From: a virus
DNA: 64,000 nucleotides
Virus record (IMG/VR): IMGVR_UViG_3300017991_000077
Location: 33,476-97,475 of that record
Reading direction: 5' to 3' (one strand)
Below, piece after piece: positions 9,783 through 18,866 of the stretch; the first letter of the stretch is position 1; the number at the start of each line of letters is the position of its first letter. A model generated the notes under the pieces. That model made no database searches and was not told the origin of the DNA. It saw only the letters and a list, made by a program, of their open reading frames with translations. The translations under genes were made by a program, and so were the position numbers.

Positions 9783-12524
9783 ATGGGTCAGAGTATTAGT
9801 AAACTGGACATCATCGCGATTACTGCAAGTAACGCTGCAGCTACCAAGCTATGGGAGTTTCTTCGGGATCTCCGAGAAGACGCAGCGAACGCTATCGCAG
9901 GAATCACAACGGTATTCCACAAAACTCAGTTGGGCAGTTCTGTAGAGGACACAGCGAATGCGTCGGACTTAGCGACGGCGTATACACTTGCGAATTCCCT
10001 AAAGGCGAAGCTCAACATTCACTTGGCATCGACAGGTACTACGGGGGCGCACGCAGCGGCTTCCGCAGGGTCTATCACTGCAGCCAATGCAACCACAAGG
10101 GAGACTCTAGTTACGCTGCTCAACGAGTTGAAGGCTGATTACAATACCCATCTCACGGAGTCAGGTGTTCACTTAGTCAACGATTCGACTAACTCGACAT
10201 CTTCAGCTGACGGTATGGGTCTTTCAGATCTTTACGATTTGGCCAACGATGTCAAAGCTCAGTACAACGCACACCGGGTAGAAGCGACCGTGCATAAGAC
10301 CAATGACACTACCAACATAGTGTCTTCGGCAGATGCAACGGATCTATCTTCGGCGTTGACTCTGTTGAATGAGATCGACACCGATTATTCGGCGCACATT
10401 GGAACGGCAGATGTTCACGATGTAGCGGATTCGACGAATGTAGTCACTTCGGCTGATGCAACGACCAGAGATACTCTGGTCACTTTGCTTAACGAGCTGA
10501 AGACTGACTATAACGCACACCGGTCTCAAGCCACCGTGCACGCAGTGAACGATTCGGCCAATGCGGTAACCCATGCGGCCGGAAATCTGGCCACAGACCT
10601 CTATGACTTGGCCAACGACGTCAAAGCTCAGTACAACGCTCACAGAACTCAGGCCACTGTTCACAAGACCAACGATACTACAAATGTAGTAACCGCGGCC
10701 GACGCAACAGACTTGGCTTCTCTTCAGACTTTGCTTAACGACATCGACACTCAGTATGCTGCACACTGCGCCACCGCAGATGTTCACGATGCTGCGGATT
10801 CAACCAATGTCATAGCCTCTGCGGACGCGACGACAAGAGACACCTTGGCCACTTTGCTCAACGAGTTGAAGTTGGACATCAATGCACACAGATCGCAGGC
10901 AAGTGTTCACGCAGTGAATGACACTTCGAATGCGATCACGGCAGCCGACACCAATTTGGCTTCGGATCTTTACGATCTGGCCAACGACATCAAGACTCAG
11001 TACAACGCACACTTGAGCGAAGCGACGGTTCACTCCACGGACGATGCAGTGAATACGGTTGTCGCAGCAAATGCGACCGACCAGGCCACGCTCGAGACTT
11101 TACTCAACGAGATCAAAGTCGACTACAACATTCACAGAGCGCTGGGCGCAGTTCATGATGCGGCCGACTCGACGAACGATGTCTCCTCGGCGAATGCTTC
11201 GGACTTGGCCTCGACTCAGACTCTGTTGAATGAATTGAAAACAGACTACAATGCACACAGAACCCAGGCTTCAGTTCACCCAGTGAACGACACTACCAAC
11301 GTTATCGTAGCAGCCAATGCTTCGGACTTGGCAACATCGATCACGCTGGCGAATGAGTTGAAAACAGACTTCAATCTCCACTTGGCAGAAGCCACAGTCC
11401 ACACCACGGATGACACGAAGAATGTAGTTTCGACTACAAATGCTTCGGACCTCCCGACAGCACAGGCTTTGGCCAACGCCCTAAAAGCGGCCTACAATCT
11501 CCACCGGGTTTTAGTGGCAACGCACTTGATCCCAGACGCAACGAACATTATCGCTTCGGCCAATGCATCCGACTTGGATACGGCCATCGCACTGGCGAAC
11601 GAGATTGCGGCGGATTTCGATCTGCACCGGTCTCAGGTAGGCGTTCACCCAGTTGCAGATGCAGTGAACGACGTTACGGAAGATCTGGCCACGACTTTGG
11701 CTCAGATGGTGACGTTCGTGAATGAGGTCAAGACCGACTACAACGCGCACCTTTCACAGTCCACAGTTCACACCACAGACGACGCGACCAATGTGGCTTC
11801 TTCTGCCAATGCATCGGATGAGTCTTCGGCTTACACCTTAGCTAACGAGATAAAAGCCGATTACAACGCCCACCGGGTTCTCACCGGTATGCACGAGCTG
11901 GCAGATGCGACTAACACAATCGCTGCGGCGGCTGCTTCGGACTTGGACACTTCTATCGCTCTGGCGAATGAGCTGGCTACAGACTTCGATCTTCACCGAG
12001 TGGAGACTGGAGTTCACGCGGTCGACGATGCGGTAAACGACGTCACCCAGGACCAGGCGACAGCCCTCGCAGAGGCAGTGGCTTTTGTGAACGAAATCAA
12101 GGCAGACTACACAGCGCACCTTTCGCAGTCTACGGTTCACACATCGGACGATGGAACCAACACCATTGCGGCAGCGGACGCCACAGACCAGGCTTCGGCA
12201 TTCACTCTGGCCAACGAGTTGAAGGCTGATTACAACCTACACCGGGCGACGACGGGTGTTCACGAGATCCAAGATTCTACGAACACCATTTCAGCTCCTT
12301 CGGCGACAGACCTCGATACTGCTATCGATTTGGCCAACGAGTTGGCAGCAGATTTCGATGTACACAGAACCCAGGCCGGCGTTCACGCAGTGGACGATAC
12401 AACCAACGATGTCACTGAGTCTCTTGCATCCACGGATGCAGCTCTCGTGACCCTAGTGAATGAATTGAAGACTGACAACAACGCCCACGTTATTTCGGCG
12501 ATGACATCAGCAATCATTGAGTAA
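9783..12524 (+). CDS. 913-aa protein of about 21 tandem 41-aa His-containing repeats (probable virion fibre/decoration protein)
   Basis: Strong AAGGAGGT RBS; repeat consensus A(N/D)A(S/T)DLxxxxxLxNE(L/I)KxD(Y/F)NxHxxxxxVHxxxDxxNxxxx. Confidence 0.75.
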   Translation: MGQSISKLDIIAITASNAAATKLWEFLRDLREDAANAIAGITTVFHKTQLGSSVEDTANASDLATAYTLANSLKAKLNIHLASTGTTGAHAAASAGSITAANATTRETLVTLLNELKADYNTHLTESGVHLVNDSTNSTSSADGMGLSDLYDLANDVKAQYNAHRVEATVHKTNDTTNIVSSADATDLSSALTLLNEIDTDYSAHIGTADVHDVADSTNVVTSADATTRDTLVTLLNELKTDYNAHRSQATVHAVNDSANAVTHAAGNLATDLYDLANDVKAQYNAHRTQATVHKTNDTTNVVTAADATDLASLQTLLNDIDTQYAAHCATADVHDAADSTNVIASADATTRDTLATLLNELKLDINAHRSQASVHAVNDTSNAITAADTNLASDLYDLANDIKTQYNAHLSEATVHSTDDAVNTVVAANATDQATLETLLNEIKVDYNIHRALGAVHDAADSTNDVSSANASDLASTQTLLNELKTDYNAHRTQASVHPVNDTTNVIVAANASDLATSITLANELKTDFNLHLAEATVHTTDDTKNVVSTTNASDLPTAQALANALKAAYNLHRVLVATHLIPDATNIIASANASDLDTAIALANEIAADFDLHRSQVGVHPVADAVNDVTEDLATTLAQMVTFVNEVKTDYNAHLSQSTVHTTDDATNVASSANASDESSAYTLANEIKADYNAHRVLTGMHELADATNTIAAAAASDLDTSIALANELATDFDLHRVETGVHAVDDAVNDVTQDQATALAEAVAFVNEIKADYTAHLSQSTVHTSDDGTNTIAAADATDQASAFTLANELKADYNLHRATTGVHEIQDSTNTISAPSATDLDTAIDLANELAADFDVHRTQAGVHAVDDTTNDVTESLASTDAALVTLVNELKTDNNAHVISAMTSAIIE

Positions 12525-12562
12525 CCTATCGATCAAAAGTATCGATTAGAAGGAGGCTCCAA

Positions 12563-12952
12563 ATGGCTCTAAGAATTGGATATGATTTGTTTTCCGGCGC
12601 ATCGCAGGCAGGTATCGACAACAGTGTTCCCGGTGTTGTCCAGGTAGAGACGGCCAAGGCTCTCAAGTACAAGTTGAAGATCCAGAGACTTGCCGACAAC
12701 AAGGAATGGAACACGACTACCGGCGCTTGGGCAACAGCCACCGTAGCAGAAGCCGACGAATTAGATTTCGAGGGTTCGGTTACATCTTCGGGCAATGTCC
12801 CAGCGATTCGCAGAATTTCGATGCGGATTCCAGCAGAGGCTCTTGTCGGAATCGACGCGGACGGTTGCATTATCACAGCCTACGCTACCGGCGATACACC
12901 CTCTTCGGCCGGTGTCGCAATGACACTTGCATTTAAGCCAACCACGCTGTAG
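12563..12952 (+). CDS. Hypothetical (probable structural) protein
   Basis: AAGGAGG RBS; last gene before a terminator. Confidence 0.6.
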   Translation: MALRIGYDLFSGASQAGIDNSVPGVVQVETAKALKYKLKIQRLADNKEWNTTTGAWATATVAEADELDFEGSVTSSGNVPAIRRISMRIPAEALVGIDADGCIITAYATGDTPSSAGVAMTLAFKPTTL

Positions 12953-12987
12953 CATTAATAGACCATTGTTTGTTTGTTCCTTTCTTC

Positions 12988-13042
12988 GTCCATCGAGTGA
13001 TCGCCCTCCCCAAGCCCTTGCTCGGTGGACATTTTTATTTTT
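12988..13042 (+). terminator. Rho-independent terminator-like hairpin
   Basis: GTCCATCGAG (12988) pairs with CTCGGTGGAC (13021, one G:U), followed by ATTTTTATTTTT; the loop is long (23 nt). Confidence 0.55.
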
Positions 13043-13081
13043 CCAGTTTTAGAGTATAATTTCGAATGAAGGAGGAAAGTT

Positions 13082-13468
13082 ATGGAAACACTACAAGGAT
13101 TTATAGAGTTTCTGTCCACGACAGTTTGGGTTCATTGGCCCATTCTGATGTGGATTGTCGTCCTATCGATGTTAGCTCAGATCGTAAAGACCAGGATTTG
13201 CACCGTAGACCTAGCGAGGAAAAATGTAGCAATCTTTTGGGTGAGGAGGATCTTCCCGATAATTTTGCTTTTGATGGGTTTAGTCATGGGGGCGATATGG
13301 CCCGGGGAATCTTCACCCGGTGTAGTAGGGCGTACGTATAATATGCTCTATTTTGCGGGGGGCTCGGCCATGTCCATTACTTTCTTTAACGTATTGAAAC
13401 AATGGATAAAGCGAAAGTACGACGTAGAAATTGGCCTGCTAGGAAGTGCTTATCCGCCGAAGCCATGA
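13082..13468 (+). CDS. Holin-like membrane protein (3 predicted TM segments)
   Basis: AGGAGG RBS; three hydrophobic segments and a basic C-terminus; lies after the tail genes. Confidence 0.55.
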   Translation: METLQGFIEFLSTTVWVHWPILMWIVVLSMLAQIVKTRICTVDLARKNVAIFWVRRIFPIILLLMGLVMGAIWPGESSPGVVGRTYNMLYFAGGSAMSITFFNVLKQWIKRKYDVEIGLLGSAYPPKP

Positions 13469-13797
13469 TATTTCAAAAAATCAAGAAAGCCGCATTGTGG
13501 ATTGTCGGAATACTGGCAATCATAGTTGGAATCCTATTTGCACTAGACTACGAGAAAGGAAAAGTAGCCCGGCTGAAGGCAGAGGTTGCCATAGCGAAAG
13601 CTCGAGAGAAACTTCAGCATCTAGAAATACAGAAGAAATCCCTTTTAGAACAAGAAAGGCAAATCGGGCGTAAGGATTCGAATCTTGGAAAACGTTTGGC
13701 AAGTTTAGATTCTGAGATTCAGAAAGTGAAGTCAGATGTTAAGAAGAAAACGAGTGCAGAAATTGTTCAGAGGCTTAACGAAATATATCGTCGTTAG
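13465..13797 (+). CDS. N-anchored coiled-coil membrane protein (inner-spanin-like)
   Basis: ATGA overlap with the holin stop; N-terminal TM 'ALWIVGILAIIVGILFAL' followed by a coiled coil. Confidence 0.5.
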   Translation: MIFQKIKKAALWIVGILAIIVGILFALDYEKGKVARLKAEVAIAKAREKLQHLEIQKKSLLEQERQIGRKDSNLGKRLASLDSEIQKVKSDVKKKTSAEIVQRLNEIYRR

Positions 13798-14215
13798 TTG
13801 GCTGCTTCTCATACCGTCGAGTGTTCTTGCCGAAGGTACGGACGCTTTGACTAAAGCCATTTCTTTGGAATACGAAGGCGAAGAAGGAATGTGGTTTCCT
13901 TCGGACATGGTTTCAGACATGCTTTTCGACATAGAACTCGCCCGAGTACTCCAAACGAAAGTAGATGTTTTAGAAGAAAGGGTTCGGGCTAAGGAGGATC
14001 GGATAATTCTTTGGAAGGATATTAACAAGAAGTCCGAAGAGAAGCAGCTCGAGACGATGAAAATACTCGATAAGTCTATTGAAAAGTATGAAAAAATGGA
14101 CCTTGCGAAGAATAAATGGTGGAAACATCCGGCTTTATGGGTGAGTGTGGGCGTCGTTTTGACCGTTTTGGTGCAAGTAGGATCTACGCAACTATTCAAA
14201 GCTATTGACGATTAG
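13736..14215 (+). CDS. Signal peptide + coiled coil + C-terminal TM protein (spanin-like partner)
   Basis: Overlaps the previous gene; signal-like '...SSVLA/EG'; C-terminal 'WWKHPALWVSVGVVLTVLV'. Confidence 0.45.
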   Translation: MLRRKRVQKLFRGLTKYIVVSWLLLIPSSVLAEGTDALTKAISLEYEGEEGMWFPSDMVSDMLFDIELARVLQTKVDVLEERVRAKEDRIILWKDINKKSEEKQLETMKILDKSIEKYEKMDLAKNKWWKHPALWVSVGVVLTVLVQVGSTQLFKAIDD

Positions 14216-14523
14216 ACTATAACTGTACTTTTTTCATAAGACCCTAAATTATCTATTTACAAAAATCCAACCATTCAATATCCTTATTTTACCTTTTCCT
14301 ACGAGGTGTTAGTGGAACCGTTAAAGGTAGAAGTAGTGACTCTATCTAGAAGAAGTGGTTAATTTGGTTGAACGAAACACCAGTTGCCCTATAATCAAAA
14401 TTGGCCGTCTCGGCATCGAGACCCCGTTGGTGATTGGTCGGGTCCTCATTCGAGGTGTTCTAACTACTTCGCCTGATTCAATCGTAGGAGCCAACGGGGT
14501 TTTCTTTTTCTCGGGAGATTCAT

Positions 14524-15654
14524 ATGACATCAAGTGAAGAATCGATGGTAGACAGTCTCGACCTTTCAGATCGAGACATCAGGTTGATATTCAAAATCAA
14601 GTCCCTTCAGAACAAAGGAGTTCGGGTTAGAATCGCAGATCTAGCAGAGTTTTTTCACGTCAGTAGACCTACTATAGAAAGATCTCTAAAGAAATTTAGA
14701 GAGCTGGAGATTCTCAATATGTCTCGTGAGGGGTCAGTTTTTTGGAGATATGAGTTCCATGATGGGTCACAAAAAATGGCCCATCATGCACCATCAAAAA
14801 GGGCAGGAGAAGTGTCAGAAATGACCCATCATTCTTTTGCTAAAGAGGAGTCTTCCCAGCCAAAAAACAGACGAAAGATTCGCCTTCCCTTGTCTATACA
14901 TACTAAGAGACAATTGTCCTTAGCCAGACAGAACAAAAATAGAAGGCGACCCATCAATTTGCTGGACCTCAGCAAAGAACGGAGTTCTTTAGGTTGTTTT
15001 AGGTCTTTAGAGAAACATAAAACACAAGAAAACAAACTTCGATGTCGAATAGACAAACCATTAATATCACCAGAATCCAACATTATCTACTTGTTCCCCT
15101 TAGACACAGAAATGATACCAAAGGAGGAGGTCATGCCCAAAGTTTCAGGACCATCAGGCCCAATTAGGGATGCGGTCGAACAGGGTTTATCTCAGTCAAA
15201 AGAGGCTCATTGTCTAGCTAAAAAGAGGACATCTAAGGCCCCGAAACAGACTGAAGTATTCAAGGTAAAAAGGACACGCGCAGAGCAACAAAGAGCTGCT
15301 ATGGAACAAAAAGACGTTTCAGAGTATAATTGTAATGATATGTGGTATGTGTTTAAAGATTTTTGGAGATGGGAAGGTAAACCGATAGGGTGGACAAAAA
15401 GAGATCGAAAGCACATAAAAGAGTTGATAGATGAGCAAGGAGCAGAGGCTGTGGTTACTTATATCAAGTATGCAATTGAACATTGGAATGCTTTATGTTC
15501 TAGGTTCAATGTGTCAGGGAAACCCAGCGTACCTTGTCTATATGGCTATAGACGAACATGGCTTTATGAGGCCCTAGAAGGTGGACCGAAGGCTAGAAAA
15601 AACTATGGGGCGGAGTATTCAGATTCAGATATTCCGTCAGGAAGTTGGGGTTAG
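14524..15654 (+). CDS. Phage replication initiator-like protein (N-terminal HTH)
   Basis: HTH 'IADLAEFFHVSRPTIERSLKKFRELEIL'; lies one gene upstream of a DnaC-like loader; has internal inverted repeats. Confidence 0.6.
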   Translation: MTSSEESMVDSLDLSDRDIRLIFKIKSLQNKGVRVRIADLAEFFHVSRPTIERSLKKFRELEILNMSREGSVFWRYEFHDGSQKMAHHAPSKRAGEVSEMTHHSFAKEESSQPKNRRKIRLPLSIHTKRQLSLARQNKNRRRPINLLDLSKERSSLGCFRSLEKHKTQENKLRCRIDKPLISPESNIIYLFPLDTEMIPKEEVMPKVSGPSGPIRDAVEQGLSQSKEAHCLAKKRTSKAPKQTEVFKVKRTRAEQQRAAMEQKDVSEYNCNDMWYVFKDFWRWEGKPIGWTKRDRKHIKELIDEQGAEAVVTYIKYAIEHWNALCSRFNVSGKPSVPCLYGYRRTWLYEALEGGPKARKNYGAEYSDSDIPSGSWG

Positions 15655-15657
15655 TTG

Positions 15658-15993
15658 ATGGCAGGGATGAGCAGTATGGCATTAAAAAGGTGCCGTCGAA
15701 TGACGATAGACGTGAGTGAAACCTCGGGATATTTGGCCCGAATTCAGGTATTTGATCCCAGACGAAATGGGAGTTGCATATCTGAATATCTGGCCAGACA
15801 CGCTATGGATACCGAGAGAATCAAGAGGGCTTGGATGTCTAAATTCCAGGTGCCTCCGGAGTTGATTACGGTAAAACATGAGGGTATACCCGTTTCGGAT
15901 AATGCCGAGACAGATATTATAGAAGATAAGCCTCCCGAGGGGAAAAGTGGAGGAAAAGAAAATGCCGATGAAATTGAGCGAAGCACATCATGA
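15658..15993 (+). CDS. Hypothetical protein
   Basis: ORF fills the gap between the initiator and the loader. Confidence 0.45.
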   Translation: MAGMSSMALKRCRRMTIDVSETSGYLARIQVFDPRRNGSCISEYLARHAMDTERIKRAWMSKFQVPPELITVKHEGIPVSDNAETDIIEDKPPEGKSGGKENADEIERSTS

Positions 15994-16576
15994 GTATATG
16001 AATATCGGTAAAGCGTACTGGGGTGCGGATACCGAGAATTTTACTCCCAAACAGAAAAAAGCGATAGCCGGATACCTTAGTGATCTGCCAGGCATGATTC
16101 GGTCTGGTATCGGTATCTATTTGTGGGGAGATAATAGCCGAGGTAAGAGTTATATCGCGGCTGCTTTATGCCGAAAGGTCTGGGCAGATTATCGAGTAAC
16201 TTCTTACTACGTAACGGCATCTGAATTGAAAGAAGCCTGGATTGATGACGTAGAAGCACATCCAGGATCTTCAGAGATGATGACAGACAGAGTTCAAGAA
16301 GCGAGATTCTTGGTTCTCGATGATTTCGGTAAAGAACATCGAACATCTTCGGGTTTTGCCGAGTCTAAATTCGGAGCTTTACTTCGGAGCAGAAAGAAAG
16401 AACTCTTGACTACGGTGATTACGAGTAATTTGGACCCGAGAGAGTTTGGGGAGGTCTACGGTCCATCTACGAAGCATTTAATGAGGGAATGCATGGTTCC
16501 TATCCGGCTCAAGGGACAAGATATTAGGGAACGGATAGCCAAGCGAATATACGACGTTTTTCAAGCAACGGCATAA
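15962..16576 (+). CDS. DnaC/IstB-like AAA+ helicase loader
   Basis: Walker A GDNSRGKS; Walker B FLVLDDFGKE; 'TVITSNL...G.DIR' motifs. Confidence 0.85.
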   Translation: MPMKLSEAHHEYMNIGKAYWGADTENFTPKQKKAIAGYLSDLPGMIRSGIGIYLWGDNSRGKSYIAAALCRKVWADYRVTSYYVTASELKEAWIDDVEAHPGSSEMMTDRVQEARFLVLDDFGKEHRTSSGFAESKFGALLRSRKKELLTTVITSNLDPREFGEVYGPSTKHLMRECMVPIRLKGQDIRERIAKRIYDVFQATA

Positions 16577-16590
16577 ACAAAGGAGCAGAC

Positions 16591-17550
16591 ATGAAGAGGA
16601 TTGAATTCAAAAATTATGCAGGGGTTCGGGTTGGTGGCAAGATTCCGTTGGACCTTTCTGAGTCGACACTCCATATGGAACATGCGTTTTGGCTTACTTC
16701 TCAGGTAGAGAGTGGCGGCAAATTCGGGTGTGTCTTGAACTATGACGGTACCGGCATGACAGCAGGAATAGACCAGTGTATTGCCGTGTATCCGAGAGCG
16801 CTGGACGACGGGAAGAGAAAGAATGACCAGGGACCCTTGTGGGGATTGCTCGCAAGTATTCGGGCAGCTCAGCCTGGTTTGTGGACTCATCGGAAACTAG
16901 ACATCGCTCTTGAACGTGAGGGGTGGTATCTCTCTGGCGATGGTAAATGTCGATGGGCATTTAACGGACGTCTCGTGCCCGGTAAGAAAATTCGAGAAGT
17001 TTTTACTGGGGATAGAGATGGAGTTATGCCGGAAGAAGGACCGGGAAGAAAAGCGGCCACGAAGTGGGTTAGATTATTTCATAGGCTTTTCAGTGATGAA
17101 GCCACTTTTCCGATCCAGGTTGCTTATGGGTTACGCCACTTTCAAAAAAGATCTTGTAAGCGACTGTCCTACAGTAAATATGGTTTTAATCGAGCCATGA
17201 CTATTAACGATGCGGTATATGAGTCTACGCATCTTTCGGCAGTCACGGATTGTTTTTCTGATGACTTCGATTTAGCTATGTCAGTATGGTGGTCTCATAC
17301 TGTAAACGCCCCAGCAGTAACTTTGAAGAAGTTGTGCAAAATCATAGATAAGTATGGAAAAGCCACAGAAGAGAATCAACTCTCTATTGCACGGGCGATA
17401 ATGAGATCTTTAGCTAATTCACATTGGGGAAGATGGAACGACGAGATAAAGAACGGACGATGGCAACGTACTCGTAAGTATGCCATGAAGGTCTGGCCAA
17501 AAGAACTCTTCGCAAAAGATGGGATTATGCCGAAAAAGATAGTCGGATAG
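16591..17550 (+). CDS. Putative lysozyme-fold peptidoglycan hydrolase (endolysin candidate)
   Basis: 'VESGG...LNYDGTGMTAGIDQ' resembles the E..(N)xYD..xSxGxxQ motif of lysozyme-like phage lysins. Confidence 0.45.
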   Translation: MKRIEFKNYAGVRVGGKIPLDLSESTLHMEHAFWLTSQVESGGKFGCVLNYDGTGMTAGIDQCIAVYPRALDDGKRKNDQGPLWGLLASIRAAQPGLWTHRKLDIALEREGWYLSGDGKCRWAFNGRLVPGKKIREVFTGDRDGVMPEEGPGRKAATKWVRLFHRLFSDEATFPIQVAYGLRHFQKRSCKRLSYSKYGFNRAMTINDAVYESTHLSAVTDCFSDDFDLAMSVWWSHTVNAPAVTLKKLCKIIDKYGKATEENQLSIARAIMRSLANSHWGRWNDEIKNGRWQRTRKYAMKVWPKELFAKDGIMPKKIVG

Positions 17551-17554
17551 TTCT

Positions 17555-17800
17555 ATGCTTAAAGGATATGTTGAAAAGTCTTTTCGTACGGATAGTCGAG
17601 CGAAAGATTATATTAAGAAACATGGCAAGCTTAGTTGGGAGTTAGATGCTTTAGAGCCACGTGTTCTTGCTGAGATAGTGGAGAACTCTATCATGGCGGC
17701 TGTGGATCAACCTGCTTGGGATGAGGCATGGGAGCAGGAAAGACAGATGAAAGATGTATTACAGAAGGCTTCGCAGCAGTTCAATAAACTGATAGAATAA
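17555..17800 (+). pseudogene. C-terminal remnant of a TopoVI-A/Toprim-like phage protein
   Basis: 'DSRAKDYIKKHG...SWELDALEP..L..IV' is the C-terminal motif of that family; the N-terminal Toprim part is absent. Confidence 0.45.
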
Positions 17801-17819
17801 TTCTTAACTTATATAGGAG

Positions 17820-18437
17820 GTGTTTATGCGAAAATCAAAGCGATATGTTATTGTATATTTGTTTACCTTTCCAATGGACTTACTTACCTGGTTATCGGTG
17901 TTGTTTCTTTGGATTTGTTGGGGAACTAAATTACAGTGGGTTTCGTATAGTGGGCTGTGGTGTGAGCTTAAGGTAAATTCCTGGCCAACCAAATCTTGGT
18001 ATAGAGTTCCCTTTCGTGAAGGTATCGCTAAGATACGGCCTATCACTGAGTGGGAACAATACGGAAAATGGTATACCTGGGCAGGAACTACTTTAGGTCA
18101 TGGTGGATTTTTTGGACCCGGCCAGTCGGGAGGAGATGGGATTGATACCGATGTGGAAGTACACGAGAATGTACATGTAGAACAATTTGAAGTCAGTATG
18201 GTCACTTCTTTTATTATGGGCCTACTCGTATTTGGAGTTCTTTTATTTGGAGGTCATATGCAAGTAGGAATTGTTCTCGGAGGTACTTTGTGGATATTGG
18301 GTTTTATTTTGATGTGCATGGGAGGCTGGTTGGTGGGTTTTCTTCAAGGTGAAGGAGCTTATCGAGGAAGTGTACATGAGGAGGGGGCGTACGCGATTGC
18401 TGCGGAATACGCTCGTAAGAAGAACGGACTTGATTGA
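17820..18437 (+). CDS. Membrane protein with HExxH motif (Zn-peptidase-like)
   Basis: 'HENVHVEQFE' plus a downstream 'EEGAY'; several TM segments; AGGAGG RBS. Confidence 0.55.
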   Translation: MFMRKSKRYVIVYLFTFPMDLLTWLSVLFLWICWGTKLQWVSYSGLWCELKVNSWPTKSWYRVPFREGIAKIRPITEWEQYGKWYTWAGTTLGHGGFFGPGQSGGDGIDTDVEVHENVHVEQFEVSMVTSFIMGLLVFGVLLFGGHMQVGIVLGGTLWILGFILMCMGGWLVGFLQGEGAYRGSVHEEGAYAIAAEYARKKNGLD

Positions 18438-18440
18438 GGA

Positions 18441-18866
18441 ATGCAGCGCGGAGAACTGTCCAATCGGCCCGCAGCTATTTGTGGCGTTGATTACCGAGTG
18501 TTATTGGATATCAGATTTCCTTACGGATGGTTCCTCGTAAAAGTACCTGAGTTACTTCTAAGCAAACATTTTGAAGGTATGATGCGGGAGGCGTTACCTT
18601 GGCGTGTCGGTGCTCGGGGTTGGCTTGAAAGAAACTGGGAAAGGAGGTTCGCAAGCGTATCAGTAGGAGTGCCCTTGCTAGCACCAGCTATTGATATGAT
18701 TTTAGGGGACTACATCGCAGAGCAATATCATTTCGACACAGTTCAGGATTTCAGACAATGGGTCAGAATTACTCCCCAGGTATATCGAGTGTTCACTGAA
18801 GATGCAGCCTTGTTGGGGTTAGATAACATTACTTCTCGATTATCTGGTTGGACGGAGAAAGCGTAA
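18441..18866 (+). CDS. Hypothetical protein
   Basis: ORF with GAGG RBS, translationally coupled to the helicase. Confidence 0.55.
   Translation: MQRGELSNRPAAICGVDYRVLLDIRFPYGWFLVKVPELLLSKHFEGMMREALPWRVGARGWLERNWERRFASVSVGVPLLAPAIDMILGDYIAEQYHFDTVQDFRQWVRITPQVYRVFTEDAALLGLDNITSRLSGWTEKA

Noticed and set aside
8431-12450. Alternative-frame and antisense ORFs within the Gly-rich and His-repeat genes
   Set aside because: They are by-products of repetitive, biased codon usage.
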